A DNA stretch of 64,000 bases from Truepera sp. (GCA_965218435.1 CBDCKW010000009.1:2624001-2688000); one strand, 5' to 3'; positions 52,140 through 61,584 are shown, counted from the stretch's first letter. Numbers and translations: made by a program. The notes: a model not told the origin generated them from the sequence alone.

Positions 52140-52565
52140 CTAGAGTTTGAAGGTGTACATCACGACCGGTTCAGCCGCCACCTTAAAAGACTCGTAAAAT
52201 CCTTTTGCCTGCCGGTTTGTATCTTCAGCGCCGAGCCAAGCCTCTTCGCAGCCCAGTTTTTTGCCAAGCTCTAACACGGCGTTCAGCAGCTTGGTGGCAA
52301 TCCCCTGCCGCCGCAAGGCAGGTGTGACGCCTATCTCATCAATAAAAAGTTCAGTTGGTTTATCTGGATGCTTGTGAATAACAGCCGCGACTTGCCCTAC
52401 GACCTCGCCAGCTTTAACAGCGACAATCAGGTGATGCGTAGGTTCGGCGAGATAAGCGGTAAGACGCTCCGGGTAGACGGCTTCATCGAACACGTCCTCG
52501 GCAACGCGCTCGAGGACCGCCTCGTCACCCGGCATAAGCCGTTTTATGTGGATGTCCATGTTCAC
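52140..52565 (-). CDS. GNAT acetyltransferase
   Basis: IDEIGVTPALRRQGIA, NRQAKGFYES. Confidence 0.85.
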   Translation of the reverse strand: MNMDIHIKRLMPGDEAVLERVAEDVFDEAVYPERLTAYLAEPTHHLIVAVKAGEVVGQVAAVIHKHPDKPTELFIDEIGVTPALRRQGIATKLLNAVLELGKKLGCEEAWLGAEDTNRQAKGFYESFKVAAEPVVMYTFKL

Positions 52566-52616
52566 CTCCGCTCGAGTGCAGTTTGCCCATGTTACTTATC
52601 AATGTCGCCCGCTACT

Positions 52617-52814
52617 TTACAACTCCTTGAAAGCCAAGCCTTTCTCTTCAAGTGCTCCCCTTAGGATTTTTAAGGCTTTTGGTCCCATACCGTGTAACTC
52701 GCTCAGGTCTTCTTCGCTGACGCGGGTGAGGTGCTCGAGCCTAAAGCAGCCCGACCCATGTAGAGCTCTAAGCGCCGGTTGGCTGATTTTCGGAAAGTCG
52801 TTTTCTTGCTCCAC
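52617..52814 (-). CDS. Small helix-hairpin-helix DNA-binding protein
   Basis: ISQPALRAL...LHGMGPKALKIL. Confidence 0.75.
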   Translation of the reverse strand: MEQENDFPKISQPALRALHGSGCFRLEHLTRVSEEDLSELHGMGPKALKILRGALEEKGLAFKEL

Positions 52815-52816
52815 CG

Positions 52817-53377
52817 TTACTTCTCCTTCACAACACGAAATCTTAACTGAGTTCTTCCCGAAGACTCGGCCACCTTTACTTTTTCCAGCTCAACCGGTTC
52901 CATGTCTAAACCTTCAAAAAGCCGAAGCCCACCGCCTAAAAGAACGGGCATAATGTCGAGCTCGAGTTCATCAACCACGCCCGCTTTGAGGCACTGCCGA
53001 AACGTACTCGCCCCACCGATGACCGTGACATCTTTGTCGCCTGCGGCTGCTTTAGCCTGTGCAACAGCACTTTCAATTCCGTCAGTGACAAAGGTAACCG
53101 TCAATCTTCCATTCTGTTTGGGTAGTTTTTCCGGAACGTTATGCGTCAGCACAAAAATTGGCACTTGATATTCGTAGGTGTCTAAATAAGCATCCGGGTC
53201 GCCCATTGCGTAAGCGCGTCTGCCCATCACGACGGCTCCGGTGTTTTTGATGGATGCTCGCATTGCCTCACTGTTTTGTAGCTCGGCGAAGTCGGAGTAA
53301 AGGCGGCTTACGCTGCCGTTTTTATCGTTGACGAAACCGTCAAGTGAGACGGTCATACCTAGAATGACTTTACTCAT
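52817..53377 (-). CDS. Dihydrofolate reductase-like (RibD C-terminal) protein
   Basis: MTVSLDGFV, VVMGRR, IGGAS, PVLLGGGLRLF. Confidence 0.9.
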   Translation of the reverse strand: MSKVILGMTVSLDGFVNDKNGSVSRLYSDFAELQNSEAMRASIKNTGAVVMGRRAYAMGDPDAYLDTYEYQVPIFVLTHNVPEKLPKQNGRLTVTFVTDGIESAVAQAKAAAGDKDVTVIGGASTFRQCLKAGVVDELELDIMPVLLGGGLRLFEGLDMEPVELEKVKVAESSGRTQLRFRVVKEK

Positions 53378-53446
53378 TACGATTTCTCCTTTTACCCCTC
53401 AGCTGTTGACTCAGGATTGATTGACTAGATAGTGATGAGGTAAACA

Positions 53447-53887
53447 TCATCCTCCCAGCAGTTGCGAAACGATTTTGGCAATCCGCCTTTCTCGAGTCTC
53501 CTGCATTTTTGCGTCTTCAACCTGTCGAACGAACTCCTTGCGCTTTGTAAACGCCAACGCCTCAAAGGTTTTTTTGATACCGACTTTGGTAAGCGCGTTT
53601 GATAAATCATCCGGAATCTCAACCGTGCGAGGTTCGGTGTCCAGCTCGAGCGTCACCTCTACGGCCTCCCCCGCTTTAAGCCCTGCGGCTTCACGGTGCG
53701 CTTTACTGAGTGGAATCATAAAGTTGCCACTCATCACCGCGACGGTACTTAGGTAGCTGTAACTGGAGACGTTCACCTTGACGGCAGGCTTTTTGCTTTC
53801 ACCGAGTTCAGTGATGTTTTCAGGCGGCACTTCGATACCCGTGTTACTGCCAATAGCTTTGATTTTAGTGGTAAAGGTTGTCTTCAT
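53447..53887 (-). CDS. DUF1905 plus YdeI/OmpD-associated protein
   Basis: TGIEVP, LELDTEPRTVEIPDDL, AKMQETRERRI. Confidence 0.8.
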   Translation of the reverse strand: MKTTFTTKIKAIGSNTGIEVPPENITELGESKKPAVKVNVSSYSYLSTVAVMSGNFMIPLSKAHREAAGLKAGEAVEVTLELDTEPRTVEIPDDLSNALTKVGIKKTFEALAFTKRKEFVRQVEDAKMQETRERRIAKIVSQLLGG

Positions 53888-54270
53888 AGCTTGCCTCTTT
53901 TTGCTGCTCTTTCCAGATTTTCCTTCGTCCTAAACGACACAATTCGTCTTATCAAGTCATAAGGGATCGGCTTGTCTAGCGGAAACTGCACCGAACCCTT
54001 AGCATTTTTGTAAGGGGCCAGTTCATCCCTGAAGGCTTGGACGCCCTCAGGCGTGGGGTAAAGCCCAAGGTGCGTTTTGAAAGCGGCAAAGTAAACAAGC
54101 GGCTTGCCCCTGAGCTTAAAGGTCGGGATTTGGTAGCTGATGGTTTCTTCGGCGTCCGGCGCGGCTTTTCTAATCGTCTGCCTCACTTTTGCTAAAATCT
54201 CCTGCACGTCTTCCGGGAAGGCTGCGATGTAGTCGTCTATGGTTTTGGGAATGGCTGCAGTTGATTGCAT
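53884..54270 (-). CDS. DUF1801 (YdhG-like) protein; start ATG 54270
   Basis: TIDDYIAAFP, AEETISYQIPTF, KGSVQFPLDKPIPYDLI. Confidence 0.88.
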   Translation of the reverse strand: MQSTAAIPKTIDDYIAAFPEDVQEILAKVRQTIRKAAPDAEETISYQIPTFKLRGKPLVYFAAFKTHLGLYPTPEGVQAFRDELAPYKNAKGSVQFPLDKPIPYDLIRRIVSFRTKENLERAAKRGKL

Positions 54271-54280
54271 AAATTTCCCT

Positions 54281-54826
54281 TTACAACGCGCTGATGTCTC
54301 GAGCCACTTCAGCCAGGTCATTCTCAAACTGGTGTTCACGATCCTCGAACTCGCAAAATGTTGCTTGCGGAAGTTTTTCCCGGTACAGCTCGAGGTGTGT
54401 AAATGGCACGATGTCGTCATCGCGGCTGTGATAGAAAAACAGCGGCAAATCTTTTGGGAGGCTAGGGGCAAAACTTTCGCGCAGTGCATATTCAGCTTGC
54501 CAATCCTCAGCACTCCAGTAAGGCGTTGCGATAAGAAACAATCCCGCGATAGGTTTTGCTACTTCTTCTTCAGACAAATACTTGAGCAGCACCGAAGCAC
54601 CGAATGAATGTCCGACGAGAATGGTTGTGTCACCTTTCATGGTTGAAAGTTCTTCGCCAATCTTCTTTTTCCACGCCTCGTAGCCAAAACTATCATCATT
54701 AGGCATTCTTGGATACGTCACTTCATACCGGGTTCCTAACGTATCACGCAGATTTACTACCAATTTCTCATCTTCTTCGTAGGCTTCTTGTCCGGCGCCT
54801 TGAATAAACAGCACTTGTTTTTTCAT
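54281..54826 (-). CDS. Alpha/beta hydrolase (YdeN/RBBP9-like)
   Basis: VGHSFGA (GxSxG), HSRDDDIVP, REHQF. Confidence 0.85.
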   Translation of the reverse strand: MKKQVLFIQGAGQEAYEEDEKLVVNLRDTLGTRYEVTYPRMPNDDSFGYEAWKKKIGEELSTMKGDTTILVGHSFGASVLLKYLSEEEVAKPIAGLFLIATPYWSAEDWQAEYALRESFAPSLPKDLPLFFYHSRDDDIVPFTHLELYREKLPQATFCEFEDREHQFENDLAEVARDISAL

Positions 54827-54904
54827 AAATCTCTATCCCTCTTTAACCCTGGTCATCTTTGACGCGTACCCGCCCCAACCGGATACACCCAAGCTCCGGC
54901 GTTG
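54807..54904. repeat. Direct repeat copy A (junction duplication)
   Basis: Aligns by eye to 55712-55810 with about 11 differences in 99 bp. Confidence 0.85.
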
Positions 54905-54934
54905 TTATAACATCCAGCCACTTCTCAACCTCCA

Positions 54935-55609
54935 TCAGGGCGTAAACCGTTTCCAATGGCCTTCGGAGACAACCTCAACATCACCATCGACCACTTTGAT
55001 GGCGGTCTCATCGTCAATCGCGTACGCTGGCACCGACACCCCGGCCGCCCATTTCTCCGCGTTGGCCACCGTGTTGTGTGGCAGCATCGGGTGTTCCAGG
55101 TGCGGGTAGATGGAGAAATCAACCAGGCCGAGCGTCTCGTCGCCGCCGGTGGGCGGGGTCCACTCGACGAAAAATTCCCCGATCCTGGGCGTCATCACCA
55201 TGCTCCCGGCGCTGAGCCCCACCCAGACCGTCTCGCGCAGCGACGGCAAAAGGTCTGCCAGTCCGGACTGCCGCATCCAGTAGCACAAATACAGAGCATC
55301 GCCGCCAGCCGCCAGCAGGACATCCGTCTCCTGAACCAGAGGAACCCAGCGTGCTTCGTCAATGCTGGGCAGTGCGGTGAGCTCCAGCACACCCAAGGAC
55401 TGCCAACCCAGTTCACACATGGGGGTTTCGGGTTCTCGTCCACTGATGAACTGCCATACCCCCGCTCCTGGACCGACTTGAGGATGCCCGTACATTGCCG
55501 TAGGAATGCAGAGGGCGCTAGCCTCGGCAATCGGTTTGCCCAGGAGTTCGACCAGCGCGTCGTGGATGCTGGTGTTTTTGATACCAGCCGAGGTGAGCAG
55601 AAATTTCAT
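54935..55609 (-). CDS. Peptidase S51 (dipeptidase E-like, class I GATase fold)
   Basis: LLTSAG, IPTA, AAGGD, VGLSAGS, IYPH, YAIDD. Confidence 0.85.
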   Translation of the reverse strand: MKFLLTSAGIKNTSIHDALVELLGKPIAEASALCIPTAMYGHPQVGPGAGVWQFISGREPETPMCELGWQSLGVLELTALPSIDEARWVPLVQETDVLLAAGGDALYLCYWMRQSGLADLLPSLRETVWVGLSAGSMVMTPRIGEFFVEWTPPTGGDETLGLVDFSIYPHLEHPMLPHNTVANAEKWAAGVSVPAYAIDDETAIKVVDGDVEVVSEGHWKRFTP

Positions 55610-55711
55610 GATACCTCTCCTTGCCAATTTCGTGGGAGCCGAAAAGTTTTTCTCATCCCTTGATTTGAGACTGAAGCAGCACTAGCCCAGAACGTAATGA
55701 CTGCGTTTCTT

Positions 55712-55810
55712 AACAGCACTTGTTTTTTCACAAATTTCTACCCCTCTTCAATCCTGGTCATCGTTGACGCGTACCCACCCCCACTCGGATATACCCAGGC
55801 TCCGGCGTTG
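55712..55810. repeat. Direct repeat copy B (junction duplication)
   Basis: Diverged copy of 54807-54904. Confidence 0.85.
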
Positions 55811-56193
55811 GTGTTGCCGTCGTCGCGCCACTTGCCCCGGTAACGAGCAGGCGAACCCTTTTCACCCGCCCAAATAGTAAGGGTATCGTCATTCACTTCG
55901 TACACGTACTCGAAGGTGTTGCCCGCGTTGTCGTAGATACGCGATTTGATGTCTTGGCTCGGCTCCGCCCCGAAGCCCTTTTCGTAACCGATCAGCTCGA
56001 GCCCCTTGACCTTATGCCCGCTATGGATGAAGTCAAAGTGTTGCACCAGAAAGAAGCCACCCTCGAGCCACTCGTACCTGACCTGTCCCGCGATATCCGG
56101 GCCGGAGACGTTCCAGGTTCCTATTAGTTTCTCGAGGCTTTTGAGACCGGGATAGCGTTCTGGTTGCTGTGCCGTTTTACCCGCATCTGACAT
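55738..56193 (-). CDS. Beta-barrel protein (DUF1579-like)
   Basis: LEKLIGTW, YEWLEGGFFLVQH, YDNAG, STMTRI. Confidence 0.65.
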   Translation of the reverse strand: MSDAGKTAQQPERYPGLKSLEKLIGTWNVSGPDIAGQVRYEWLEGGFFLVQHFDFIHSGHKVKGLELIGYEKGFGAEPSQDIKSRIYDNAGNTFEYVYEVNDDTLTIWAGEKGSPARYRGKWRDDGNTNAGAWVYPSGGGYASTMTRIEEG

Positions 56194-56206
56194 GAGGTTG
56201 CCTCCT

Positions 56207-57076
56207 CTAGCCTTGCTCATAGGCACGCCGCAGGGCGTCCCCATCGATCTTTTTCATCCCCATCAGCGCCTCGGTGACTTGGGCCGCCCTTTGACGGTCG
56301 GGGTCAGCCATCAGCTTGAGTGCTCCTATCGGCACGATCTGCCACGACACGCCGTATTTGTCCTTGAGCCAGCCGCACTGACTCTCTTTACCCTCTGCGG
56401 TAAATTCGTCCCACAGCGCGTCAACTTCGGCCTGCGTCTCACAATTGACAAACAGCGAGACGGCTTCGGTAAACCCGAACTCGTGCTTTTCGGCGCTGTC
56501 CATTGCGATAAAGGTCTGACCGGCGAGAGTGAACTGAGCGTAGTCAACATTCGCCGACTCAGGATTTTTCATCATCTGGTTGAGGCTCGAGTCTTCAAAG
56601 AGCGAGCTATAAAGCCCAATAGCTTCCTCTGCCTTGCCACACTGTTCCCCGACGAAAAGTAGAAACGGGGTGATGGTTTGAGCACTGCTCCCATCCACAC
56701 CGATTTGCCACGAAACCCCGTACTTGTCGTTCAGCCAGCCGTATTTTTCGCTCCAGTCGTACTTCTGAAAGGGCATCAGCACCGTGCCGCCTTCAACAAG
56801 TTTTTCCCACAAGGCGTTCACTTCAGCGACTGTCTCTAAGGTCACAAAAAACGAAATTGCCGGTGTAAAGCTGAACTCCGGGCCACCGTTTAAGGCGATG
56901 AAGTTTTGGTTCTCGAGCGTAAAATTTACCGTCATTACGCTGCCGCTGCGTTCTGGGTGTGTTTCGCCGTAACGCGCCGTACTCGTAACTTCGGAGTTTT
57001 TGAACAGCGAGGTGTAGAAAGTGACGGCTTCTTCAGCCTGAGTGTCAAACCATAAGAACGGGACGATTTTTTGCAC
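56207..57076 (-). CDS. Tandem VOC (PhnB / 3-demethylubiquinone methyltransferase-like) protein
   Basis: QKIVPFLWFD, ALNGGP, two copies of GWLxDKYGVSWQI. Confidence 0.9.
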   Translation of the reverse strand: MQKIVPFLWFDTQAEEAVTFYTSLFKNSEVTSTARYGETHPERSGSVMTVNFTLENQNFIALNGGPEFSFTPAISFFVTLETVAEVNALWEKLVEGGTVLMPFQKYDWSEKYGWLNDKYGVSWQIGVDGSSAQTITPFLLFVGEQCGKAEEAIGLYSSLFEDSSLNQMMKNPESANVDYAQFTLAGQTFIAMDSAEKHEFGFTEAVSLFVNCETQAEVDALWDEFTAEGKESQCGWLKDKYGVSWQIVPIGALKLMADPDRQRAAQVTEALMGMKKIDGDALRRAYEQG

Positions 57077-57100
57077 GAAGGTCTCCTTTTTTGGCTATGG

Positions 57101-58351
57101 TTAATAACGGATACTCGGATGTTTCGAGTGCCACTGGGTTGCTTGTTGAAAGGTATGTGCCCTAGCTAAAACACCGTTCTCATTCCCCTTTGCGCCGACA
57201 ATTTGCAAGCCTAACGGCAAGCCGTTTTGACTGAGGCCACAGGGGATACTTATGGCGGGCAAGCCGTAGTAATTGGCGAAAAACGTATTATCTGGAGAAA
57301 CCGCCAGTGGCCCCGCCGCTTTAGCCTCTCCAATCGTTGGCGTCACAGCCGTCGTGGTAGACAAGACTAAAACGTCAATCTCCTCAAATAGGCTTTGCGA
57401 AATGGTTTCACGGTCTTGTTCTATGGTTTCGCTGTTAGAGGAGGCAGTGTCAAAAGGGGCATCAAGCTCTTTGGCTGTATATCCTAAAGACTGAAAGGTT
57501 TCGACAGCCTTTTGAAAAGCTTCTCTTACCTCATCCGTCGCCTTGAAATTCTTGACCACACCGATAGTGGGTTTGTTCACCTCGTCAAAAGCCGAACGAT
57601 AATCGGTTTTGAGGTCGCTTTGACTCACTTCGGGATGGGCAAGCGCGTTTAACAGGATGGCGGCATCTTCAACCACACGGCATTGAAAACCGGTATGAGA
57701 AAGACGAAGGATTGTTTCATCAGTTTCCTCTCCCTCGAGAACCCCTTTGGTGCTGAGTAAGCCGTAGGTCGCTTTGAACCCCGTGACACCGCAACAGGCT
57801 GCGGGTAAGCGACAAGAGCCGACGGCGTCCGTGTCAACCGTTGCAAAACACAACCCCGCAGCGACGGCTGCCGCCGATCCTCCTGAAGAGCCACCCGCCA
57901 CATATGCCTGGTTCCAAGGATTATGCACAGCTCCAAAATGACTGTCAACCGAGGTTGTGCCCATCCCCAGCTCGTGCATGTTCGTCTTGCCAAGCAGAAT
58001 GGCTCCCGCCATTTTTAACTTTGTGATAACCTCGGCGTCTTTACTTGGCACACGATTCTCAAAATGTTTAGAGGCTGCTGTTGTTTTAATACCTGCCGTA
58101 TCAAAGAAATCTTTGACGGCAACGGGAATACCGTGCAACGAACCTTTCCAGTTGCCGCCGTTGATGTCTCGCTCAGCGTCTTTGGCTTCTTGCAACGCCT
58201 GCTCAGCTGTGACCGTAATAAAGGCGTTGAGTGCTGGATTTAGGTATTCAATTCTTTCGAGGCAGTCTGTAACAAGCTCTACGGGTGATACTTTCTCTTG
58301 TCTTAGCAGTTCGCTTACTTCTGTGATACTTGAATACTGATGGTTAGTCAT
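57101..58351 (-). CDS. Amidase-signature family enzyme
   Basis: GIPVAVKD, GKTNMHE, GGSSGGSAAAV, TDAVGSCRLPA, LPLGLQI. Confidence 0.9.
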   Translation of the reverse strand: MTNHQYSSITEVSELLRQEKVSPVELVTDCLERIEYLNPALNAFITVTAEQALQEAKDAERDINGGNWKGSLHGIPVAVKDFFDTAGIKTTAASKHFENRVPSKDAEVITKLKMAGAILLGKTNMHELGMGTTSVDSHFGAVHNPWNQAYVAGGSSGGSAAAVAAGLCFATVDTDAVGSCRLPAACCGVTGFKATYGLLSTKGVLEGEETDETILRLSHTGFQCRVVEDAAILLNALAHPEVSQSDLKTDYRSAFDEVNKPTIGVVKNFKATDEVREAFQKAVETFQSLGYTAKELDAPFDTASSNSETIEQDRETISQSLFEEIDVLVLSTTTAVTPTIGEAKAAGPLAVSPDNTFFANYYGLPAISIPCGLSQNGLPLGLQIVGAKGNENGVLARAHTFQQATQWHSKHPSIRY

Positions 58352-58363
58352 CGTGATGTCTCC

Positions 58364-58432
58364 TCATTTAATTACACGAAACTTGAGGTGGGTGACGCCT
58401 TCGGACTCGAGTATCTATGCACTTTCCAGTTC
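58364..58432 (-). pseudogene. 3'-end remnant of a RibD-C gene
   Basis: Reads ELESA*ILESEGVTHLKFRVIK*, matching QLEKVRVLESPSVTHLRFRVVKEK of the 58917 gene. Confidence 0.75.
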
Positions 58433-58441
58433 AAAGCAATT

Positions 58442-58897
58442 TTAGAATTCATTATCTGAGTCAGCGTCTTTTGGTGTTGCAATCAGCTCACCCTGACCTT
58501 TCTCTATGTCTGCCACGAAACCGCCCCAGCCACCGCTTGCCTCTTCCCTTACAGGAGAGGTAATGACAAGCAGCTGCACAGGTTCTTGGTTTTGTATCGT
58601 GTAACCGTGCTCGATACCGCGCGGCAAAAAGATAAAGCCACCTTTCTTTAGGTCAAAGGTCTCGGTACCACATCGAAACGTAAGGACGCCCTCGAGCACG
58701 TAGAACATCTCGTCTTCGCTGTTATGCGTGTGGTCAGGTGGCTCCTCACCTTTTCTCGTAAGGTACTCCAAGACGGCGGAGCCGCTGCCCGCTTGCACCT
58801 CGCCTGCTTTTACAGTGAAGTCAATCCCGAACCTGTACGTCCAGCCCTCACCCGCCTTGAGTGCATAGGAATGAGTCCGACTGTCAAGTCGATTCAT
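58442..58897 (-). CDS. Cupin-domain protein
   Basis: PPDHTHNSEDEMFYVLEG, LPRGIEHGY. Confidence 0.88.
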   Translation of the reverse strand: MNRLDSRTHSYALKAGEGWTYRFGIDFTVKAGEVQAGSGSAVLEYLTRKGEEPPDHTHNSEDEMFYVLEGVLTFRCGTETFDLKKGGFIFLPRGIEHGYTIQNQEPVQLLVITSPVREEASGGWGGFVADIEKGQGELIATPKDADSDNEF

Positions 58898-58916
58898 GCC
58901 TTTCTCCTTTCCCATA

Positions 58917-59447
58917 TCATTTCTCCTTCACAACGCGGAACCTGAGATGCGTTACGCTAGGGGACTCGAGTACCCTTACCTTCTCGAGTTGGGCCTCCAC
59001 TCCCGACTCGAACAAACGAAGCCCGCCGCCGAACAGCACCGGAACGAGGTGAAGCTGCACTTCGTCAACGAGACCGGCTTTGAGATATTGCTGCGCTATG
59101 TCCGCGCCACCTGCGATGCAAACGTCTCTGTCCCCGGCAGCGTCTTTCGCTCTCTCTAAAGCACTTTCGATGCCGTCGGTAACAAAGATGAACTGTGCAC
59201 CGCTATTCTCTATGCTTTCTCTGGCTTCATGGGAGAGCACAAAATGCGGCACCTTGTAAGGCGTATCGAAACCCTCTGCTTCTCGTGAGCCGCCAAAGGC
59301 ACGTTTACCCATGACCATCGCGCCAATGTTCTGTAACAGCTCGTCAAGAATTTGAGGCCCGTCACCCGAGGGCGAAAAGTACCAGTCGTGCAGCCCGCCG
59401 TCCTCACCGTTCGGCCCGTTGACAAAACCGTCGAGCGATACAGCCAT
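58917..59447 (-). CDS. RibD-C/DHFR-like protein, 5'-clipped
   Basis: (LD)MAVSLDGFV, AGGADIAQQ, PVLFGGGLRLF; the first few codons seen in paralogues are missing. Confidence 0.82.
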   Translation of the reverse strand: MAVSLDGFVNGPNGEDGGLHDWYFSPSGDGPQILDELLQNIGAMVMGKRAFGGSREAEGFDTPYKVPHFVLSHEARESIENSGAQFIFVTDGIESALERAKDAAGDRDVCIAGGADIAQQYLKAGLVDEVQLHLVPVLFGGGLRLFESGVEAQLEKVRVLESPSVTHLRFRVVKEK

Positions 59448-59457
59448 ATCTAAACCT

Positions 59458-59913
59458 TTACGCGTTGAACTGTTTGAAATGATGATCTACGTGAAGGTAC
59501 TGTAACCGCGCCCACTCGTTGGGGGTTAGGCGGCCAAAGAAGGGGTGAGGCTGCCGTGTGATGCCTGCTTCTCCTACTTCCACAAATTGCTCGAGTTCAC
59601 GCACCAATCTTTCTTTTTCCCTCTGAAACTCTCGCAGGTCAGAAATCTTGACACTAGGGGCAGTAGGTGTGTTTTTAGATAGACCCTTTGATAAGACTCT
59701 TCGCTTAGCAGTAGGGCCAAAAACACGCCCCATCAACATTTGGCCAACTTTCTTATTACTCAATGCCAGCTCGAGATTCGCCGTGACATGCGCCAGCATC
59801 TGGGCAACGTCCATTTTCCCCCAGAGGGCTTGGCTGTCTGGCGAAAGTTTTTCTAAACGCTCGAGTAAATCCTTATATGCCTGTGGTTGAAGTAAATGGA
59901 GTTCGTATATCAA
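59458..59913 (-). CDS. DUF1569 (DinB-like) protein; start uncertain
   Basis: WGKMDVAQMLAH, HPFFGRLT, HVDHHFKQF. Confidence 0.82.
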   Translation of the reverse strand: MIYELHLLQPQAYKDLLERLEKLSPDSQALWGKMDVAQMLAHVTANLELALSNKKVGQMLMGRVFGPTAKRRVLSKGLSKNTPTAPSVKISDLREFQREKERLVRELEQFVEVGEAGITRQPHPFFGRLTPNEWARLQYLHVDHHFKQFNA

Positions 59914-59999
59914 ACAACACCACCTTCCTATGCGGTATTGCAGAAATGACAAGGTGTCACGTTCAAATACTTGAGCACTCCGGTTTCTGACTCGCTTTT

Positions 60000-60425
60000 T
60001 CAGCGCTCGAGCATGACTTTCGACGTTTCAAAGTCGGCGGGTGCCGAGCTGTGTTCATAGACGATTTTCCATGTACCGTCTTTTTGCCTCAGCACGACTG
60101 TTACGCGGTTTCGCATTGCCCGTAACGCTTCACCCTTAGCGGATAAACCCCGGTAGGTTACAAATGCATGGGCGACCACGACATCTCGAGCTGACGTTGT
60201 TTGTACCTCAGCAAAGTCAACCGCAACCCGTTCAGTACCCAGCGAGTCGAACCAGTTTGTGACCATGCCGCGCCACGCTTCAGCACCGTCGTACGACCAG
60301 CGGCCCCACATGTCGAAAACGCGCACATCTTGGTCGTAAAGGGCAACGAACGCCTCAACGTCTTTGGCATATACGGCGGCTTTATAGGCGTCTAAAATCT
60401 GTGTGATGGGCTCGAGTTCACTCAT
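60000..60425 (-). CDS. SnoaL/NTF2-like protein
   Basis: AKDVEAFVALY, RVFD, WKIVYEHSSAP. Confidence 0.82.
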   Translation of the reverse strand: MSELEPITQILDAYKAAVYAKDVEAFVALYDQDVRVFDMWGRWSYDGAEAWRGMVTNWFDSLGTERVAVDFAEVQTTSARDVVVAHAFVTYRGLSAKGEALRAMRNRVTVVLRQKDGTWKIVYEHSSAPADFETSKVMLER

Positions 60426-61015
60426 TCCAACCTATTTTCCCGAACCTGCTTGTAGATGGCTATCACCACGCCCGTGCCGGTCGTGACGCTCTCGACAAGA
60501 TGAAAAGACGCTTGCACGCCGCCCCCGAACAGCCGTCGTCCGCTGCCCAGCACCACAGGCGCAATCATCAGAAAGTACTCATCAATCACCTTAGCGGCCA
60601 TTAGGGAGCCGATCAGCACACCGCTCCCCATGATTACAAGGTTTCTGTTAGAACTTCGTTTGAAGTCCGCTACAGCAGCTGGAACGTCACCATGCAGTAG
60701 GGTCGAGTTCGGCCACTCGAGACTCATCGCGGCGTCCCTCGAGGCGACGAACTTTTGGGTGTTGTTGAGCGCATCCTTAAATGGGCCGCCTTGGGCGTTC
60801 CAGGCAGCAAGCAAATCCTCGTAGGTGCGCCGCCCGAAGAGCCACGCAAAATCCTCTCCCATCCGCTCGCCCATCTTGGCACCCGTCGTCTCGTCGCCAT
60901 ACGGGAGTGCCCAGCCGCCCTTTCCAAAGCCGTCCCGAGTGTCCTCATCCGGACGGCCCGGCCCTTGCATCACACCGTCAAGCGTTAGCCAGTTCACTAC
61001 GATGACGTTTCCCAT
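60422..61015 (-). CDS. RibD-C/DHFR-like protein
   Basis: LTLDGVMQGPG, LFGRRTYE, MGSG, PVVLGSGRRLF. Confidence 0.9.
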   Translation of the reverse strand: MGNVIVVNWLTLDGVMQGPGRPDEDTRDGFGKGGWALPYGDETTGAKMGERMGEDFAWLFGRRTYEDLLAAWNAQGGPFKDALNNTQKFVASRDAAMSLEWPNSTLLHGDVPAAVADFKRSSNRNLVIMGSGVLIGSLMAAKVIDEYFLMIAPVVLGSGRRLFGGGVQASFHLVESVTTGTGVVIAIYKQVRENRLE

Positions 61016-61047
61016 AGAAAGCCTCCTTTGATTTGCTGAGTGACAAA

Positions 61048-61578
61048 TTACGTTATACGGAGTTGTTGGCGGGTATTGTCCAAAACCGGGGCTTCGTCCG
61101 CGCTCGAGCCGTAAATCCCGGGCACCGACGCCCCGACCAGCCGCAGGTAGACGGTCAGCTGCCCCCGGTGGTGATACCAGTGATTGAACAAAATCGAGCG
61201 CAGCAAGGCGCTCCTGGGCATCACCGCGACTTCGTGACCGTCACTCACCATCCTCCAGGGCGTCGCTAACGCTGCGTCGTCCATGTTGCTGAGGAGCGTT
61301 TTGGCTTTTGCGAGACTGTGCTCGAGAGCCTCCAGCACCTCGGCCAAACTCGTCGCACTCGGCCTCGGCACCTCAGTATTTACGTCGAAGGTCTCTTGCA
61401 CCGAAAGCTCGGCAATCGCGCCGGGTAGGGTGGCAAGGTGCATAGAAAGTTGACCCAGGCTCATCGACTTGTTGTGCGGTTTCCAGCTCAGTTTGTTCTC
61501 GGGCACACGCTCCAAGACCCGCCGCGTCGCCTGTGCTTTTCCGTCCAACTCCTGAAGAAACGCTTCAATCATCGTCAC
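61048..61578 (-). CDS. DinB-family protein
   Basis: WKPHNKSMSLGQLSMHL, NHWYHHRGQLTVYLR. Confidence 0.9.
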   Translation of the reverse strand: MTMIEAFLQELDGKAQATRRVLERVPENKLSWKPHNKSMSLGQLSMHLATLPGAIAELSVQETFDVNTEVPRPSATSLAEVLEALEHSLAKAKTLLSNMDDAALATPWRMVSDGHEVAVMPRSALLRSILFNHWYHHRGQLTVYLRLVGASVPGIYGSSADEAPVLDNTRQQLRIT

Positions 61579-61584
61579 CGCAAA

